From an uncultured Actinomycetes bacterium (lineage in GTDB: Bacteria > Actinomycetota > UBA4738 > CALAEC01), in contig CALAEC010000138.1 of the NCBI GenBank assembly GCA_937890785.1, forward strand, positions 1 to 37,849: 37,849 bases of DNA. Reading direction: 5' to 3'. The notes beneath the pieces were generated by a model. It saw nothing but the letters and a program-made list of their open reading frames with translations, was not told where the DNA came from and ran no database searches. This document shows, piece after piece, positions 7,347-15,663 of the stretch (position 1 is its first letter; each line of letters starts with the position of its first letter). Both the position numbers and the translations under genes were made by a program.

Positions 7347-8549
7347 ATGCTTGCCCGGGTCGGTTCGGGCCGACAGACTCGCGTCGTGGCCCATCGGTAC
7401 GGCAGGCATGTCCCCACGAGGACGAAACGCATCCTGGTCGGGCTCGCCGTTGCGTTCGCGGTGGGGACGGCCATCGGGATCGTCCTGCTTCGCCCAACCG
7501 GTGAGCCCCGCGCCGGCCTCCGGGGTCTGGGCTTCGTCAGCGAGGTCTACTCGGGCCGGGTCATCGGCGTCGAGGACATCTCGTGCGAGGGCCAGCCGGA
7601 GCCAGGCGTGATGTGCCGGCGCGTGGCGTTCTCGATCGAGGAGGGACCGGATTCCGGTGGCACCGCGGCGCAGGAGTTCGTCCAGACGCCGTCGACGCCG
7701 GACCTCGCCGAGGGCGACCGCGTCCTCCTGGCCCGCGACCCGCAGGCGCCCCCGGGGTTCCAGTACCGGTTTGTGGACCGCGACCGCGGCTGGCTCCTGT
7801 TCGGGCTGGCCATCGCGTTCGCGCTGACCGTCGTGGCGCTGGGCCGCCTCCGCGGGCTGACGGCGCTGGCCGGGCTGGCGGTCAGCATCGGCGTGCTGCT
7901 GTGGTTCGTGCTGCCCGCTGTCCTGGACGGCCGCAACCCGCTGGCCGTGGCGGTGGTCGGCTCCGCGGCGATCGCCTTCCTGGCCCTGTACCTGGCCCAC
8001 GGCTTCACCACGATGACCACGGTGGCCCTGCTGGGGACGCTCGGCGCGCTTGCCCTGACGGCCGGCCTGGCCAGCCTTGCGGTGGAGCTGGCCGAGCTGT
8101 CGGGGTTCGCCAGCGAGGAGGCCGTGGTGGTGCAGATCGGCGCGGCCCGGATCGATCTGGCCGGCATCATCCTCGGGGGGGTCGTCATCGGGGCGCTGGG
8201 GGCCATCGATGACATGACCGTGACCCAGGCGTCCGCGGTGTGGGAGCTCCGCGCGGCGAACCCGAGGACCAGCCGGCGATCCCTGGCGGCCGCCGGCCTC
8301 CGGATCGGCCGAGACCACGTGGCCTCCACGGTGAACACGCTGGCCCTGGCCTACGCGGGGGCGTCGATGCCCGTGCTCCTGCTGCTGGTGCTGTCGCGCC
8401 AGCCCCTGACGGGCGTGATCAGCGGGGAGGTGCTGGCAACCGAGATCATCCGCACCCTGGTCGGAAGCATCGGGCTCGTGGCCGCGGTCCCGCTGACCAC
8501 CTGGCTCGCCGCCGCGGCCGTCCCCGCGTCCCGCCGCCCGGCCGAGTAG
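7347..8549 (+). CDS. YibE/F family membrane protein
   Basis: An N-terminal TM (ILVGLAVAFAVGTAIGIVLL) is followed by an extracytoplasmic domain and then 5-6 TM helices. The conserved GAIDDMTVTQASAVWEL segment is typical of YibE/F. The start is uncertain: the longest ORF starts at 7293 but would overlap the operator, so ATG 7347 was chosen. Confidence 0.7.
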   Translation: MLARVGSGRQTRVVAHRYGRHVPTRTKRILVGLAVAFAVGTAIGIVLLRPTGEPRAGLRGLGFVSEVYSGRVIGVEDISCEGQPEPGVMCRRVAFSIEEGPDSGGTAAQEFVQTPSTPDLAEGDRVLLARDPQAPPGFQYRFVDRDRGWLLFGLAIAFALTVVALGRLRGLTALAGLAVSIGVLLWFVLPAVLDGRNPLAVAVVGSAAIAFLALYLAHGFTTMTTVALLGTLGALALTAGLASLAVELAELSGFASEEAVVVQIGAARIDLAGIILGGVVIGALGAIDDMTVTQASAVWELRAANPRTSRRSLAAAGLRIGRDHVASTVNTLALAYAGASMPVLLLLVLSRQPLTGVISGEVLATEIIRTLVGSIGLVAAVPLTTWLAAAAVPASRRPAE

Positions 8550-8577
8550 CCGGGGGAGCCTGTTACGATGCCGACAC

Positions 8578-9129
8578 ATGCTCGGCTTGTGGATCGCGCT
8601 CGGCGTCATCGGGCTCGTGCTCCTGTACGGCATCCTGGTGTTCAACCGGCTGGTCCGGCACCGGAACCGGGTCGAGAACGCCTGGTCGGGGATCGACGTC
8701 CAGCTGCGGCGCCGATACGACCTGATCCCGAACCTGATCGAGAGCGTCAGGGGCTACGCCACGCACGAGCGGGAGCTGTTCGAGCAGGTGACGCAGGCAC
8801 GCACCAGGGCCATCGAGGCGGCCTCGGTGCCGGATCAGGCCCAGGCCGAGACCGAGATCACCAGGAGCCTGGGCCGCCTGATGGCCGTGGCGGAGGCCTA
8901 TCCGCAGCTTCGGGCCAACGAGAACTTCCTGGCGTTGCAGGAGGAGCTGACCGCGACCGAGAGCAAGATCGCCTTCGCCCGGCAGTTCTACAACGACCAG
9001 GTGATGCGGCTGAACACGCTGATCGAGCAGTTCCCCTCGCTGATCGTGGCCCGTCTGGGCCGGTTCCGGCAGCGGGAGTTCTTCGAGGCCGAAGAGGACT
9101 CCCGCGGCGTCGTGGCCGTCGACCTGTAA
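8578..9129 (+). CDS. LemA family protein
   Basis: MLGLWIALGVIGLVLLYGILVFNRLVRHRNRVENAWSGIDVQLRRRYDLIPNLIE...YPQLRANENFLALQEEL is the canonical LemA pattern. Confidence 0.9.
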   Translation: MLGLWIALGVIGLVLLYGILVFNRLVRHRNRVENAWSGIDVQLRRRYDLIPNLIESVRGYATHERELFEQVTQARTRAIEAASVPDQAQAETEITRSLGRLMAVAEAYPQLRANENFLALQEELTATESKIAFARQFYNDQVMRLNTLIEQFPSLIVARLGRFRQREFFEAEEDSRGVVAVDL

Positions 9130-9132
9130 CCC

Positions 9133-10032
9133 GTGTACGAGCAGATCTCGCGCAACAGGTGGCGCTCGGTCTTTCTGATCATCGGCGTCCTGGTGCTCGC
9201 CGCGGGGATCGGCTACCTGTTCGGGTACCTGTTCCAGGCGGGGCCGTTCGGGCTGGTGCTGGCGCTCGGGATCGCCGCGGTCGGCTCGTGGTCCTCCTAC
9301 ATGTACGGGGACAAGCTGGTGCTCCGGGTGAGCCGGGCCAGGCCGGCGTCCCGCGAGGAGTACCCCAAGCTGCACAACATCGTCGAGGGGCTGTGCATCG
9401 CGGCGGGGATGCCGGTGCCGAAGATCTACGTGATCCCGGAGCAGGCCCCCAACGCGTTCGCCACCGGACGGAACCCCGAGCACGCCTCGATCGCGGTCAC
9501 CGAGGGGCTGCTGCAGACCCTGAACCGCGTCGAGCTCGAGGGCGTGATCGGGCACGAGCTGTCGCACGTGAAGAACCGCGACATCCTGGTGGGGACGCTC
9601 ACCGCCACCCTGGTCGGCGTGGTGGTGCTCCTGGCCGGGTGGATGCGGTGGGGCCTGTTCTGGGGCGGTGGTCGCGGTCGTGATCGCGGCGGCGGGGGCG
9701 GCGGCAACGCCATCTTCCTGGTCCTGGCGCTGGTGGCCATGATCCTGGCGCCGCTGGCGGCCCAGCTGATCCGGTTCGCGGTGTCCCGGCGCCGGGAGTA
9801 CCTCGCAGACGCCGACGGCGCGCTCCTGACGCGGTACCCGCCGGGCCTGGCCGCGGCCCTTCGGAAGATCGCTGCCTCGTCGAACACGATGCGGGTGGCG
9901 AACGACGCCACGGCTCACCTGTGGTTCAGCCAGCCGTCCCGTGCCGTCGGCGAGGGCCACAGCCGGGTCGAGCGGCTGTTTTCCACCCATCCGCCGATCG
10001 AAGAGCGGATCAAGGCCCTCGAAGAGATGTAG
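9133..10032 (+). CDS. htpX: Zinc metalloprotease HtpX (M48 family)
   Basis: The HELSH zinc motif (GVIGHELSHVKNRD) and a downstream EYLAD glutamate are present, along with 4 TM segments. The start lies 3 nt after the lemA stop. Confidence 0.9.
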   Translation: MYEQISRNRWRSVFLIIGVLVLAAGIGYLFGYLFQAGPFGLVLALGIAAVGSWSSYMYGDKLVLRVSRARPASREEYPKLHNIVEGLCIAAGMPVPKIYVIPEQAPNAFATGRNPEHASIAVTEGLLQTLNRVELEGVIGHELSHVKNRDILVGTLTATLVGVVVLLAGWMRWGLFWGGGRGRDRGGGGGGNAIFLVLALVAMILAPLAAQLIRFAVSRRREYLADADGALLTRYPPGLAAALRKIAASSNTMRVANDATAHLWFSQPSRAVGEGHSRVERLFSTHPPIEERIKALEEM

Positions 10033-10106
10033 ACTGCTGTCCCGATCCCCGCTCGTGGGATCGTCAACTTCCCCGAGACTCAAAAACCAGTCGTAGGAGG
10101 ACGCCC

Positions 10107-11135
10107 GTGACAAGCCGTGGAAAGACCGTGATTGGGATCCTGTCGGTCCTGGTCCTGCTGGGTGGGGCCTTCGTCGGGTTCCGCCTGCTCACCCGAGAGG
10201 CGGGGGAGCCGATCATCGACATCCCGCTCGTCAGCGAGACGGCGAGGTGCCCGCTGACCGGGCTGGAGGCCGACGACGATTCGCTGGTGGATCGACGGGT
10301 CCTGGCCGTGAAGATCGAGAACTCGCCGGAGGCTCGCCCGCAGATGGGCCTGGCCGAAGCCGACGTGATCTACGAGCAGGAGGCCGAAGGTGGCATCTCC
10401 CGCTTCATCGCGCTGTACCACTGCCGCGACGCGGACCGGGTCGGCCCGATCCGCAGCTCGCGCCCGGTCGATCCCGACGTCCTCACCCAGTTCGGCGACC
10501 CATTGTTCGTCCACTCGGGTGGGGTCGACGCGGTGATCGATGCGATCGAGGACGCCGGCATCGAGCAGATCAACTGCAACTTCGAGGAGGAGACCTGCCC
10601 CCGCGACGAGAGCCGGGAGGCGCCCCATGACGTGTTCACCTCGACCGACACCCTGCGTGACTTCGGCGGGACGAACGGCGAGCCGCCGGGGGAGGCTCTC
10701 TCCTTCGACGAGGAGGTCCCCGAGGACTCCCGTCGAGGGCGGCAGCTCAACCTGAACTTCTCGCCGGCGGCCAATGTGTTCTGGAAGTACCGGAACAATC
10801 AGGACCTGTACCTCCGGTTCCACGACGACACGCTCCACCGACTCGAGGATGGCACTCCGGTGACGGCCGCGAACGTCGTGGTCATGCTGGTCGACCGGGA
10901 GACCACCAGGATCACCGACGTGGCTGGGAACCCGGCCTCCAACTTCGACGTGTTCGGTCAGGGCGACCTCCTGGTGTTCCGGAACGGCCGGGTCATCGAG
11001 GGGGAATGGAGCCGCGATTCGGAGGACGAGATGATCGAGCTCCTCGACCGGCGGGGCAACCAGATCCCGCTGGCGCCGGGACAGACCTGGGTCGAGCTGT
11101 TCCCCACGGACGCCCCGGCCCCACCGTCGTTCTAG
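10107..11135 (+). CDS. DUF3048 domain-containing membrane-anchored protein
   Basis: GTG at 10107 is preceded by AGGAGG (10095-10100). There is an N-terminal TM anchor. AVKIENSPEARPQMGLAEADVIYEQEAEGGISRFIALYH is the signature DUF3048 block. Confidence 0.8.
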   Translation: MTSRGKTVIGILSVLVLLGGAFVGFRLLTREAGEPIIDIPLVSETARCPLTGLEADDDSLVDRRVLAVKIENSPEARPQMGLAEADVIYEQEAEGGISRFIALYHCRDADRVGPIRSSRPVDPDVLTQFGDPLFVHSGGVDAVIDAIEDAGIEQINCNFEEETCPRDESREAPHDVFTSTDTLRDFGGTNGEPPGEALSFDEEVPEDSRRGRQLNLNFSPAANVFWKYRNNQDLYLRFHDDTLHRLEDGTPVTAANVVVMLVDRETTRITDVAGNPASNFDVFGQGDLLVFRNGRVIEGEWSRDSEDEMIELLDRRGNQIPLAPGQTWVELFPTDAPAPPSF

Positions 11136-11210
11136 CGGTCCGGACACTCCGGCCCTCCTCGCCGTATCCTGGCAGGCAGGGCGCGCGGCGCCCGGCGTGG
11201 GAGGAGCACG

Positions 11211-12098
11211 ATGGACAGGGAGACCGGGACCTTCCGGGTGAAGTCCGGGCTGGCCGAGATGCTCAAGGGTGGCGTGATCATGGACGTGACCACCGCGGAG
11301 CAGGCCACGATCGCCGAGGAGGCCGGGGCCGTGGCGGTGATGGCCCTGGAGCGGGTCCCCGCCGACATCCGGGCCGAGGGCGGCGTGGCCCGCATGGCCG
11401 ACCCCACCAAGGTCCAGGAGATCATGGACGCTGTCTCGATCCCGGTGATGGCCAAGTGCCGGATCGGTCACTTCGTCGAAGCCCAGATCCTCCAGGCGCT
11501 CGGCGCCGACTACGTCGACGAGTCCGAGGTCCTCACGCCCGCCGATGAGGCCCACCACATCGACAAGTGGGGGTTCACGGTGCCGTTCGTGTGCGGCGCC
11601 CGCGACCTCGGCGAGGCCCTCCGTCGGATCGGCGAGGGCGCGGCCATGATCCGGACGAAGGGCGAAGCCGGCACCGGCAACGTGGTGGAGGCCGTCCGCC
11701 ACGTCCGCACGATCACCTCGCAGATGGCCCGGCTGAAGGGGATGCGGCAGGACGAGCTCGTGTCGGCGACCAAGGAGCTCGGTGCGCCCCTGGAGCTGGT
11801 TCGCCAGGTAGCGTCGACCGGCTCGCTGCCCGTGGTGAACTTCGCCGCCGGCGGCCTGGCCACCCCGGCCGACGCGGCACTGATGATGCAGCTCGGGGTC
11901 GACGGGGTGTTCGTCGGTTCGGGGATCTTCAAGTCCGACGACCCCGCCTCGCGGGCCCGGGCCATCGTCGAGGCCACCACCTACTACCAGGACCCCGAGA
12001 TCCTGGCCAAGGTGTCCCGCGGCCTGGGCGAGCCGATGCGTGGGCTGGACATCGCCGAGCTGGGCGAGGAGGGCCTCCTCCAGACCCGCGGCTGGTAG
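11211..12098 (+). CDS. pdxS: Pyridoxal 5'-phosphate synthase lyase subunit PdxS
   Basis: [49 protein letters not shown]...[18 protein letters not shown] shows near-universal PdxS conservation. Confidence 0.95.
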   Translation: MDRETGTFRVKSGLAEMLKGGVIMDVTTAEQATIAEEAGAVAVMALERVPADIRAEGGVARMADPTKVQEIMDAVSIPVMAKCRIGHFVEAQILQALGADYVDESEVLTPADEAHHIDKWGFTVPFVCGARDLGEALRRIGEGAAMIRTKGEAGTGNVVEAVRHVRTITSQMARLKGMRQDELVSATKELGAPLELVRQVASTGSLPVVNFAAGGLATPADAALMMQLGVDGVFVGSGIFKSDDPASRARAIVEATTYYQDPEILAKVSRGLGEPMRGLDIAELGEEGLLQTRGW

Positions 12099-12100
12099 CC

Positions 12101-12715
12101 CTAGCGCTTCCGAGCCACGCCGAGCACGTCGGCGTGTCTCGGGTTCTCGAGCTCGACGAGCTCGAAGCCGGCCTCGCCCAGCAGTCGCATCGTGTCTCGA
12201 CCGATGTGGCACTTGAACAGCCGGCAATGAAGCGGATCGAGCGAGCGCTGCATCACGCGTCGGGTGGCGGTCCGGCCCCGAACGTGCTCGCTGAACCGGA
12301 GCTCCCCGCTAGGGCGGAGCACGCGGTGGACCTCGGCGATCGCGGCCTCGGGGTCGTCGACCGAGCAGAAGACCCCGGTCGAGACCACCGTGTCGAACTC
12401 GCCGTCCCCGAGGGGCAGCCGCTCGGCCGGAGCCGCGCGGAGGTCGATCCCGTGCTCCCGGGCCCGGGGCTCGGCCAGGCGGCGCATCTCCGGGTCGGGC
12501 TCGACGGCGACCACCACTGCCTCGTCGGAGTAGTAGGGGAAGTTGAAGCCGGTCCCGGCGCCGATCTCCAGGACGCGGCCCCGGGCGCCGCCGGCCACGC
12601 GGGTCCGGATCCGGCGGATCCGATCGGTCGCCTCGACCTTTCGCCCTCGCCGCTCGTACCCGCGGGCGAACCAGCCCGAGCGGCGCTCGGCCGAGACCGG
12701 CCGCTGTTCGCTCAT
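12101..12715 (-). CDS. Class I SAM-dependent methyltransferase
   Basis: SAM motif I is VLEIGAGTGFN. The post-I/II/III pattern is VVAVEPDPEM...FDTVVSTGVFCSVDD...LRPSGELRF. Its start is in an ATGA overlap with the trpS stop. Confidence 0.8.
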   Translation of the reverse strand: MSEQRPVSAERRSGWFARGYERRGRKVEATDRIRRIRTRVAGGARGRVLEIGAGTGFNFPYYSDEAVVVAVEPDPEMRRLAEPRAREHGIDLRAAPAERLPLGDGEFDTVVSTGVFCSVDDPEAAIAEVHRVLRPSGELRFSEHVRGRTATRRVMQRSLDPLHCRLFKCHIGRDTMRLLGEAGFELVELENPRHADVLGVARKR

Positions 12716-13704
12716 CCGTCCGGCGGGCCGACCCCCATCCGGCGACGGGCCAGTGTCACGGTCTCGGACGAGATGGCCCGAGCCTTCTCGGCACCGGTGG
12801 CCAGGATCCGCTCGAGCCCCGCCTCGTTCGGGCGCAGCTCGGCGAAGCGCTCCCGCACCGGCGCGAGGTAGTCGGCCACCGCTCGTCCAACATCCTCCTT
12901 GAATCCGGCGTAGCCGCCGGCGTCGGCGTACTCCTTCTCCACCGCGTCGGGCGTGGTGTCGCGAACCACGGCGAGGATCTCGATCAGGTTCGAGATCCCC
13001 GGCTTGTCCGGCCGGCGCACGATCTCGGTCCCGGAATCCGTCACGGCGCTCTTGAACTTCTTCACCACCCGGTCCGGCTCGTCGAGCACGAACACGGTGC
13101 CGAGCTCCGTGGCGCCGGTGGTTGACATCTTCCGCTCCGGGCTCTGGAGGTCCATGATCCGCGCGCCGACCTCGGGGATCCGATGCGAAGGGACCACGAA
13201 CGTCTCCCCGAACCGGGCGTTGAACCGCTCGGCGATGCCTCGCATCACCTCGATGTGCTGCTTCTGGTCCTCACCGACCGGCACCTCGTCGGTCCGGTAC
13301 GCCAGCACGTCGGCGGCCTGCAGGACCGGGTACTGGAACAGCCCGGCTGAGACGAACTCCCGCTGCTCGGCCGACTTCTCCTTGAACTGGTGCATCCGGG
13401 TGAGGTCGCCGTAGGCGGTGACGTTCGCCAGCAGCCACGCGAGTTCGGTGTGCTCCTTCACGTCGGCCTGGCGGAACAGGATGCACCGCTGCGGATCGAG
13501 CCCCGCCGCCAGCAGGATCGCCGTGGTGTCGTAGAGCCGGTCCCGAAGCTCGGCCGGATCGTACGCCACCGTGATCGCGTGGAGGTCGACGATGCAATAG
13601 ATGGCGTCGCCGCGGTCCTGGCCCTCCACGTACTGGCGGATGGCCCCGATGTAGTTGCCCAGGTGTTTCCGTCCCGTCGGCTGGATCCCCGAGAAGATGC
13701 GCAT
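12712..13704 (-). CDS. trpS: Tryptophan--tRNA ligase
   Basis: MRIFSGIQPTGRKHLGNYIGA carries the HIGH-type motif. QQAADVL-like QAADVLAY and KMSTT (KMSKS-type) are present. The longest ORF starts 9 nt upstream at GTG 13713. Confidence 0.9.
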   Translation of the reverse strand: MRIFSGIQPTGRKHLGNYIGAIRQYVEGQDRGDAIYCIVDLHAITVAYDPAELRDRLYDTTAILLAAGLDPQRCILFRQADVKEHTELAWLLANVTAYGDLTRMHQFKEKSAEQREFVSAGLFQYPVLQAADVLAYRTDEVPVGEDQKQHIEVMRGIAERFNARFGETFVVPSHRIPEVGARIMDLQSPERKMSTTGATELGTVFVLDEPDRVVKKFKSAVTDSGTEIVRRPDKPGISNLIEILAVVRDTTPDAVEKEYADAGGYAGFKEDVGRAVADYLAPVRERFAELRPNEAGLERILATGAEKARAISSETVTLARRRMGVGPPDG

Positions 13705-13754
13705 GGCCCCCACAGCGTATCGCGGCCGGTGATGCCGAAGGCTGCCTCGCTATC

Positions 13755-14324
13755 ATGAGGTCCATGAAGGCAGGCGTTCTCGCCCTGCAGGGCGACGTGC
13801 GGGAGCACGCGGCGGTGCTGGCCGACCTCGGGGCCAGCCCCGTTCTGGTGCGCACGCCCGACAGGCTGGCCGAGGTCGACTGCCTGGCGATCCCGGGGGG
13901 CGAGAGCACCACGATGGGGCGCCTGGCCCGGCGGTACGGGCTGGTCGAGCCGATCCGGGAGCGGGCCCGGGCCGGGATGCCGATCCTCGGGACCTGTGCC
14001 GGAATGATCGTGATGGCCACCGAGGTCGTGGGCGGCGAGCCGCTGTTGTCGATCCTCGACATCACGGTGGCCCGCAACGCGTACGGGCGGCAGGTCGACT
14101 CGTTCGAGGCCGACGTTGCGGTCCGCGGCGAGACCGAGCCGCTCCTGGCCGTGTTCATCCGGGCTCCCGTGGTGGAGGACGTCGGCGAGGGGGTCGAGGT
14201 TCTGGCCGAGCTCGGCGGCCGGCCGGTAGCGGTGGAGCGAGGCCACCTGGTGGCCGCGGCGTTCCATCCCGAGCTCGCCGGGGAAACGAAGCTCCACCGC
14301 CGGCTCCTGGAGAAGGTGGGCTGA
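13755..14324 (+). CDS. pdxT: Pyridoxal 5'-phosphate synthase glutaminase subunit PdxT
   Basis: GVLALQGDVREH and the GGESTT and GTCAGMI catalytic Cys motif are present. An alternative start is ATG 13764 (MKAGVLALQG). Confidence 0.9.
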   Translation: MRSMKAGVLALQGDVREHAAVLADLGASPVLVRTPDRLAEVDCLAIPGGESTTMGRLARRYGLVEPIRERARAGMPILGTCAGMIVMATEVVGGEPLLSILDITVARNAYGRQVDSFEADVAVRGETEPLLAVFIRAPVVEDVGEGVEVLAELGGRPVAVERGHLVAAAFHPELAGETKLHRRLLEKVG

Positions 14325-15076
14325 TGTCCGGCCACTCGAAGTGGTCTTCGATCAAGCACAAGAAGGCCGCCACCGACCAGCGCCGGGGGAAGGTGTTCGC
14401 GAAGCTGCTCCGGGCGATCGAGGTGGCGGCCCGCGAGGGTGGCGGGAACGTCGAGACCAACGCCACGCTGGCCTCGGCCGTGCAGAAGGCCCGCGACTTC
14501 TCCGTGCCCATGGACACCATCGAGCGCGCCATCAAGCGGGGGACCGGCGAGATCGAGGGGGTCCGGTACGAGCCGGCGACGTACGAGGGGTATGCGCCCG
14601 GCGGCGTGGCGGTCCTGGTCGAGGCCATGACCGACAACCGCAACCGGACCGGCCAGGACGTCCGGCACACGTTCACGCGGCTCGGCGGCAACCTGGGCGA
14701 CCCCGGCAGCGTGGCCTGGCAGTTCGAGCGGAAGGGCGTGATCCTGATCGATCGCGACGGGGCGCCCGACGAGGATCGCCTCCTGGAGCTGGCGCTCGAG
14801 GCCGGCGCCGAGGACCTCGCCGAGGACGGGGACCAATGGCGGGTCACCACCGAGCCGAACTCCCTGGCCGAGGTGCGGACGGTGCTCGACGGCGCCGGCG
14901 TGCCGCTCGCCTCGGCGGAGCTGTTGATGGTGCCCCAGGCCACGGTGCGGGTGGAAGGCGGCCAGGCCCGGCAGGTGCTGAACCTGATCGAGGCCCTCGA
15001 TGACCTCGAGGACGTCCAGGCCGTCCACGCCAACTTCGACGTGCCCGACGAGGTCCTGGCCGAAGTCGCCGGCTGA
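14324..15076 (+). CDS. YebC/PmpR family DNA-binding transcriptional regulator
   Basis: MSGHSKWSSIKHKKAATDQRRGKVFAKLLRAIEVAAREGGGN is the invariant YebC N-terminus. The start overlaps the pdxT stop (TGATG). Confidence 0.95.
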   Translation: MSGHSKWSSIKHKKAATDQRRGKVFAKLLRAIEVAAREGGGNVETNATLASAVQKARDFSVPMDTIERAIKRGTGEIEGVRYEPATYEGYAPGGVAVLVEAMTDNRNRTGQDVRHTFTRLGGNLGDPGSVAWQFERKGVILIDRDGAPDEDRLLELALEAGAEDLAEDGDQWRVTTEPNSLAEVRTVLDGAGVPLASAELLMVPQATVRVEGGQARQVLNLIEALDDLEDVQAVHANFDVPDEVLAEVAG

Positions 15077-15147
15077 GGGTGGCCGCGGCCGTTCGGTTCG
15101 GTCTAAATTCCACGCGTGTCATCCTTGAAGGGCTCGTCCCGGCCGCC

Positions 15148-15153
15148 TAGGCT
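15148..15153 (+). promoter_or_regulatory. Candidate -10 hexamer (TAGGCT, TANNNT class) for a leaderless ruvC transcript
   Basis: TAGGCT ends 6 nt before the A of the ruvC ATG (15160). No SD lies between them. Confidence 0.3.
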
Positions 15154-15165
15154 GAACACATGTTC
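15154..15165. promoter_or_regulatory. Candidate LexA (SOS/Cheo-type) box GAAC-N4-GTTC overlapping the ruvC start codon
   Basis: GAACACATGTTC is a perfect GAAC-N4-GTTC. The extended ctGAACACATGTTCGA matches TCGAAC-N4-GTTCGA at 14/16 positions. The ATG of ruvC lies inside the spacer/right arm. Confidence 0.5.
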
Positions 15166-15663
15166 GACCGGGTGGTGATCGGCGTGGACCCCGGCGTGGC
15201 CGCCACGGGCCTGGCCGTGGTTGCCGGCGGTCCCGGCGGCGGGGCGGGGGTCGTCAGCGCCGGCACCGTTCGCACGCGTGCAGGTCTTCCGGAGCCGGAA
15301 CGGCTGCGGGCCGTGTACCGGGCGGTGTCGGAGGCCGTCCTGGCGCATCGCCCCGAGGCCGTTGCAGTGGAACGGCTGCTGTGGGGGCGGAACGTGGGGA
15401 GTGCCATGGGAGTGGCCCGAGCCACCGGAGTGGTCCTGCTGGCCGCGGCCGAGGCCGGCGTCGGCGTGTTCGAGTACGCCCCGCTCGAGGTGAAGCTGGC
15501 CGTGACCGGGAACGGCGCGGCCGGCAAGCGCGAGGTTCGCACGGCGCTGGAGCGGATCCACGGCCTGGCCGACCTGCCGAGGGAGGCCGACGCCGCCGAC
15601 GCGGTGGCCGTGGCCGTGTGCCACCTCGCACAGTCGAGGGCGCTTCGGACGGCGGCCCGGTGA
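15160..15663 (+). CDS. ruvC: Crossover junction endodeoxyribonuclease RuvC
   Basis: VIGVDPGVAATGLAVV carries the catalytic Asp. AVERLLWGRNVGSAMGVARATGV and EADAADAVAVAVCH are also present. Confidence 0.9.
   Translation: MFDRVVIGVDPGVAATGLAVVAGGPGGGAGVVSAGTVRTRAGLPEPERLRAVYRAVSEAVLAHRPEAVAVERLLWGRNVGSAMGVARATGVVLLAAAEAGVGVFEYAPLEVKLAVTGNGAAGKREVRTALERIHGLADLPREADAADAVAVAVCHLAQSRALRTAAR

Noticed and set aside
5685-8645. A 986-aa minus-strand ORF spanning the ATPase gene, the binding-protein gene and the whole YibE/F gene in antisense
   Set aside because: Only the last 228 codons (5685-6371) look like a real protein, the ABC ATPase. The rest is Arg/Gly/Pro/Ala-rich low-complexity sequence, typical of stop-free alternative frames in about 70% GC DNA. 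It also overlaps two well-supported genes.
10080-12227. A 715-aa minus-strand ORF
   Set aside because: It is antisense to the DUF3048 gene and to pdxS, one of the most conserved proteins in the window. No recognisable domains are present.
13705-13754. A possible T-box or attenuator leader upstream of trpS, and likewise upstream of hisS/aspS
   Set aside because: The trpS upstream spacer is only about 50 nt. hisS and aspS start by 4-nt overlap with the preceding genes. There is no room for a roughly 200-nt T-box, and no specifier/terminator architecture is visible.
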